Source of the DNA: an uncultured bacterium
GTDB taxonomy: Bacteria; JAAXHH01
Assembly (NCBI GenBank): GCA_913051705.1
Contig: CAJXCW010000002.1
Span: 1-61,638, forward strand
Length of the DNA stretch: 61,638 nt
Direction: 5' to 3'
In this document: positions 60,014 to 61,638 of the stretch, one piece after another
Layout of the letters: every line of letters starts with the position of its first letter
Position numbering within the stretch: the first letter of the stretch is position 1
The notes under the pieces: generated by a model
What the model saw: only the letters and a program-made list of their open reading frames with translations
Database searches by the model: none
What the model was told of the DNA's origin: nothing
Translations under genes and position numbers: made by a program

Positions 60014-60090
60014 AGTTCCGAGTTCCAAGTTCCGAATTCCGAGTAGGTATCATTTTATCACATTCCACTCGGAACTCGGAACTTGGAACT
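60014..60090. repeat. Inverted heptamer tandem repeats (AGTTCCG-type)
   Basis: agttccaagttccgaattccgagt (60021-60044) pairs with actcggaactcggaacttggaact (60067-60090), one mismatch. Confidence 0.8.
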
Positions 60091-61465
60091 ATCCTACCAC
60101 CTCCAACGCCTCCAGCGCTTCATAGATCCCATTGACGCCTATGACCTCCATCCCGTCGATTTGTCCGAGACCTTTCATATTTCGATTTGAGATCACACAA
60201 CGAGAAAATCCAAGCTTTTGCGCTTCACCGAGGCGTTTTTCTATCTGACCAACCCCACGTATTTCACCGCCCAGTCCGACTTCACCGATGACGACATCTT
60301 TCTGGTTGACGGCCACATCCCGTAGACTGGAGACGATAGCCGCCGCCACGCCAAGATCCACGGAAGGCTCATCCAGATGGATGCCGCCGGCCACATTCAC
60401 AAACACATCCTGCGTACCCAGATGCATCCCTGATCGTTTTTCCAGCACCGCAAGCAAGAGAGCGACTCGTCTGCTCTCTATTCCGGTCGAAACCCGTTGC
60501 GGCATCCCGTAGTTAGCTGGTGTGACCAGGGCTTGCAGCTCGACCAGCAGAGGGCGCGTGCCTTCTATGCTGCAAACGACAACCGAACCGGATACACCGG
60601 CAGGACGTTCAGCTAAAAACAGCTCGGAGGGGTTTTTAACTTCGATCAATCCTTTCTCCTGCATCTCGAAAATACCGATTTCATTGGTCGAACCGAATCG
60701 ATTCTTAACGGCCCTCAAAATTCGATAGGTTTGATGCCGCTCCCCTTCAAAATACAAGACGGTATCTACAATATGCTCCAGGGCACGAGGACCGGCGATT
60801 GCACCGTCTTTGGTCACATGGCCGATCAGAAATGCCGATACATTTTTTGTTTTGGCAAGTTGGGTTACCCTGGCGGCACACTCCCTGACCTGACTGATAC
60901 TACCCGGTGCGCTTTCTATCGAAGGCAGATAGATCGTCTGAATAGAATCCAGGACAACAACCTTCGGCTTTAATTGTTCAATATGATGTAAAATCTCTTC
61001 CAAATTAGTTTCGCACAGCAGATACAGGTTTTCGCCCACCGCATCGAGCCGGTCTGCGCGTATTCGGATCTGTTTGGACGACTCCTCACCTGAGACATAC
61101 AACACCGGTCCCACAACAGAACCAAGCCGGTCGATGACCTGGAGCATTAACGTGGATTTTCCGATACCGGGATCACCGCCGATCAACACCACAGAGCCCT
61201 GAACAACCCCACCGCCCAACACCAGGTCGAACTCACCGATTTGTGTAACAAACCGATGATCATTCGAAGTATCGATCTCGGTAATGCGCGAAACCTGATC
61301 TGTTGATCCGGTTAAGGTCTGGCCGCCGTTCCGATTCTGCGTGACCTGTTCCTCTGCAAACGTATTCCAGTGGCCGCAATCAGTACATTTACCCTGCCAC
61401 TTCGGCGAGGTGCTGCCGCACTCCTGACACACGTACTGCCTTTTTGTTTTGACCATCTTTGCCAT
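60089..61465 (-). CDS. radA: DNA repair protein RadA/Sms
   Basis: CQECG...CTDC, GDPGIGKST, KNRFG, GEVGLGGE. Confidence 0.97.
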   Translation of the reverse strand: MAKMVKTKRQYVCQECGSTSPKWQGKCTDCGHWNTFAEEQVTQNRNGGQTLTGSTDQVSRITEIDTSNDHRFVTQIGEFDLVLGGGVVQGSVVLIGGDPGIGKSTLMLQVIDRLGSVVGPVLYVSGEESSKQIRIRADRLDAVGENLYLLCETNLEEILHHIEQLKPKVVVLDSIQTIYLPSIESAPGSISQVRECAARVTQLAKTKNVSAFLIGHVTKDGAIAGPRALEHIVDTVLYFEGERHQTYRILRAVKNRFGSTNEIGIFEMQEKGLIEVKNPSELFLAERPAGVSGSVVVCSIEGTRPLLVELQALVTPANYGMPQRVSTGIESRRVALLLAVLEKRSGMHLGTQDVFVNVAGGIHLDEPSVDLGVAAAIVSSLRDVAVNQKDVVIGEVGLGGEIRGVGQIEKRLGEAQKLGFSRCVISNRNMKGLGQIDGMEVIGVNGIYEALEALEVVG

Positions 61466-61581
61466 AATCGTTATTTGTTGCTGGATGCTGCTACGCGTCA
61501 TCGAAAGTAAGGAGCGCCTCTTTGAGGCATCATTTGAATGCGCTCCGCTTCGCTCGCTGTACTTTTTGTTGATTTTAATCC

Positions 61582-61638
61582 CTATTCCAGCGACTTGATC
61601 GGCCCGTCACCTTTACCCAGAATAAACTGCTGAACCAG
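61582..61638 (-). CDS. C-terminal end of a probable MlaF/Ttg2A-type ABC ATPase (partial)
   Basis: LVQQFILGKGDGPIKSLE* resembles the VxQFxxGxxxGP tail of this family; only 19 codons visible. Confidence 0.5.
   Translation of the reverse strand: MVQQFILGKGDGPIKSLE

Noticed and set aside
19305-60090. CRISPR array
   Set aside because: Repeats are 7-8-bp tandem units without unique spacers; no cas genes.

Overview
Chromosomal window (roughly balanced GC, standard code 11, canonical TTGACA-N17-TATAAT-like promoters) from a Gram-negative bacterium, plausibly FCB-related (inferred from the short RpoD, GlyQS, and Ig-like lipoprotein). The right half is mostly housekeeping: smg-topA-xerC-hslVU, glyQS, pyrC, and radA-tgt-yajC-def-fmt-rsmB-ffh-rpsP-rimM-trmD-rplS-rnhB-yraN. 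The main point of interest is a split bacterial microcompartment (BMC) system. A PVM-like core locus (20961-27103) encodes a class II aldolase, acyl kinase, PduL, acylating aldehyde dehydrogenase, one BMC-H, three BMC-P and a small encapsulation-peptide protein. A satellite pair of BMC-H genes (6012-6789) has its own near-consensus promoter, reads into the sigma-70 gene, and lies directly downstream of glcD-glcE-larA-like genes that could oxidise the 2-hydroxyacid product. Other oddities: a SelA homolog lacking the PLP lysine; a two-domain PTPS-II; a GlyRS with an 87-aa insert; a methyltransferase bracketed by a perfect 155-bp direct repeat; a GT2 split by an AT-rich CPBP gene; two further pseudogene-like loci; and intergenic 7-8-mer inverted tandem repeats. 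No rRNA, tRNA, CRISPR array or transposase was recognised. All calls come from reading motifs by eye; no database searches were run.
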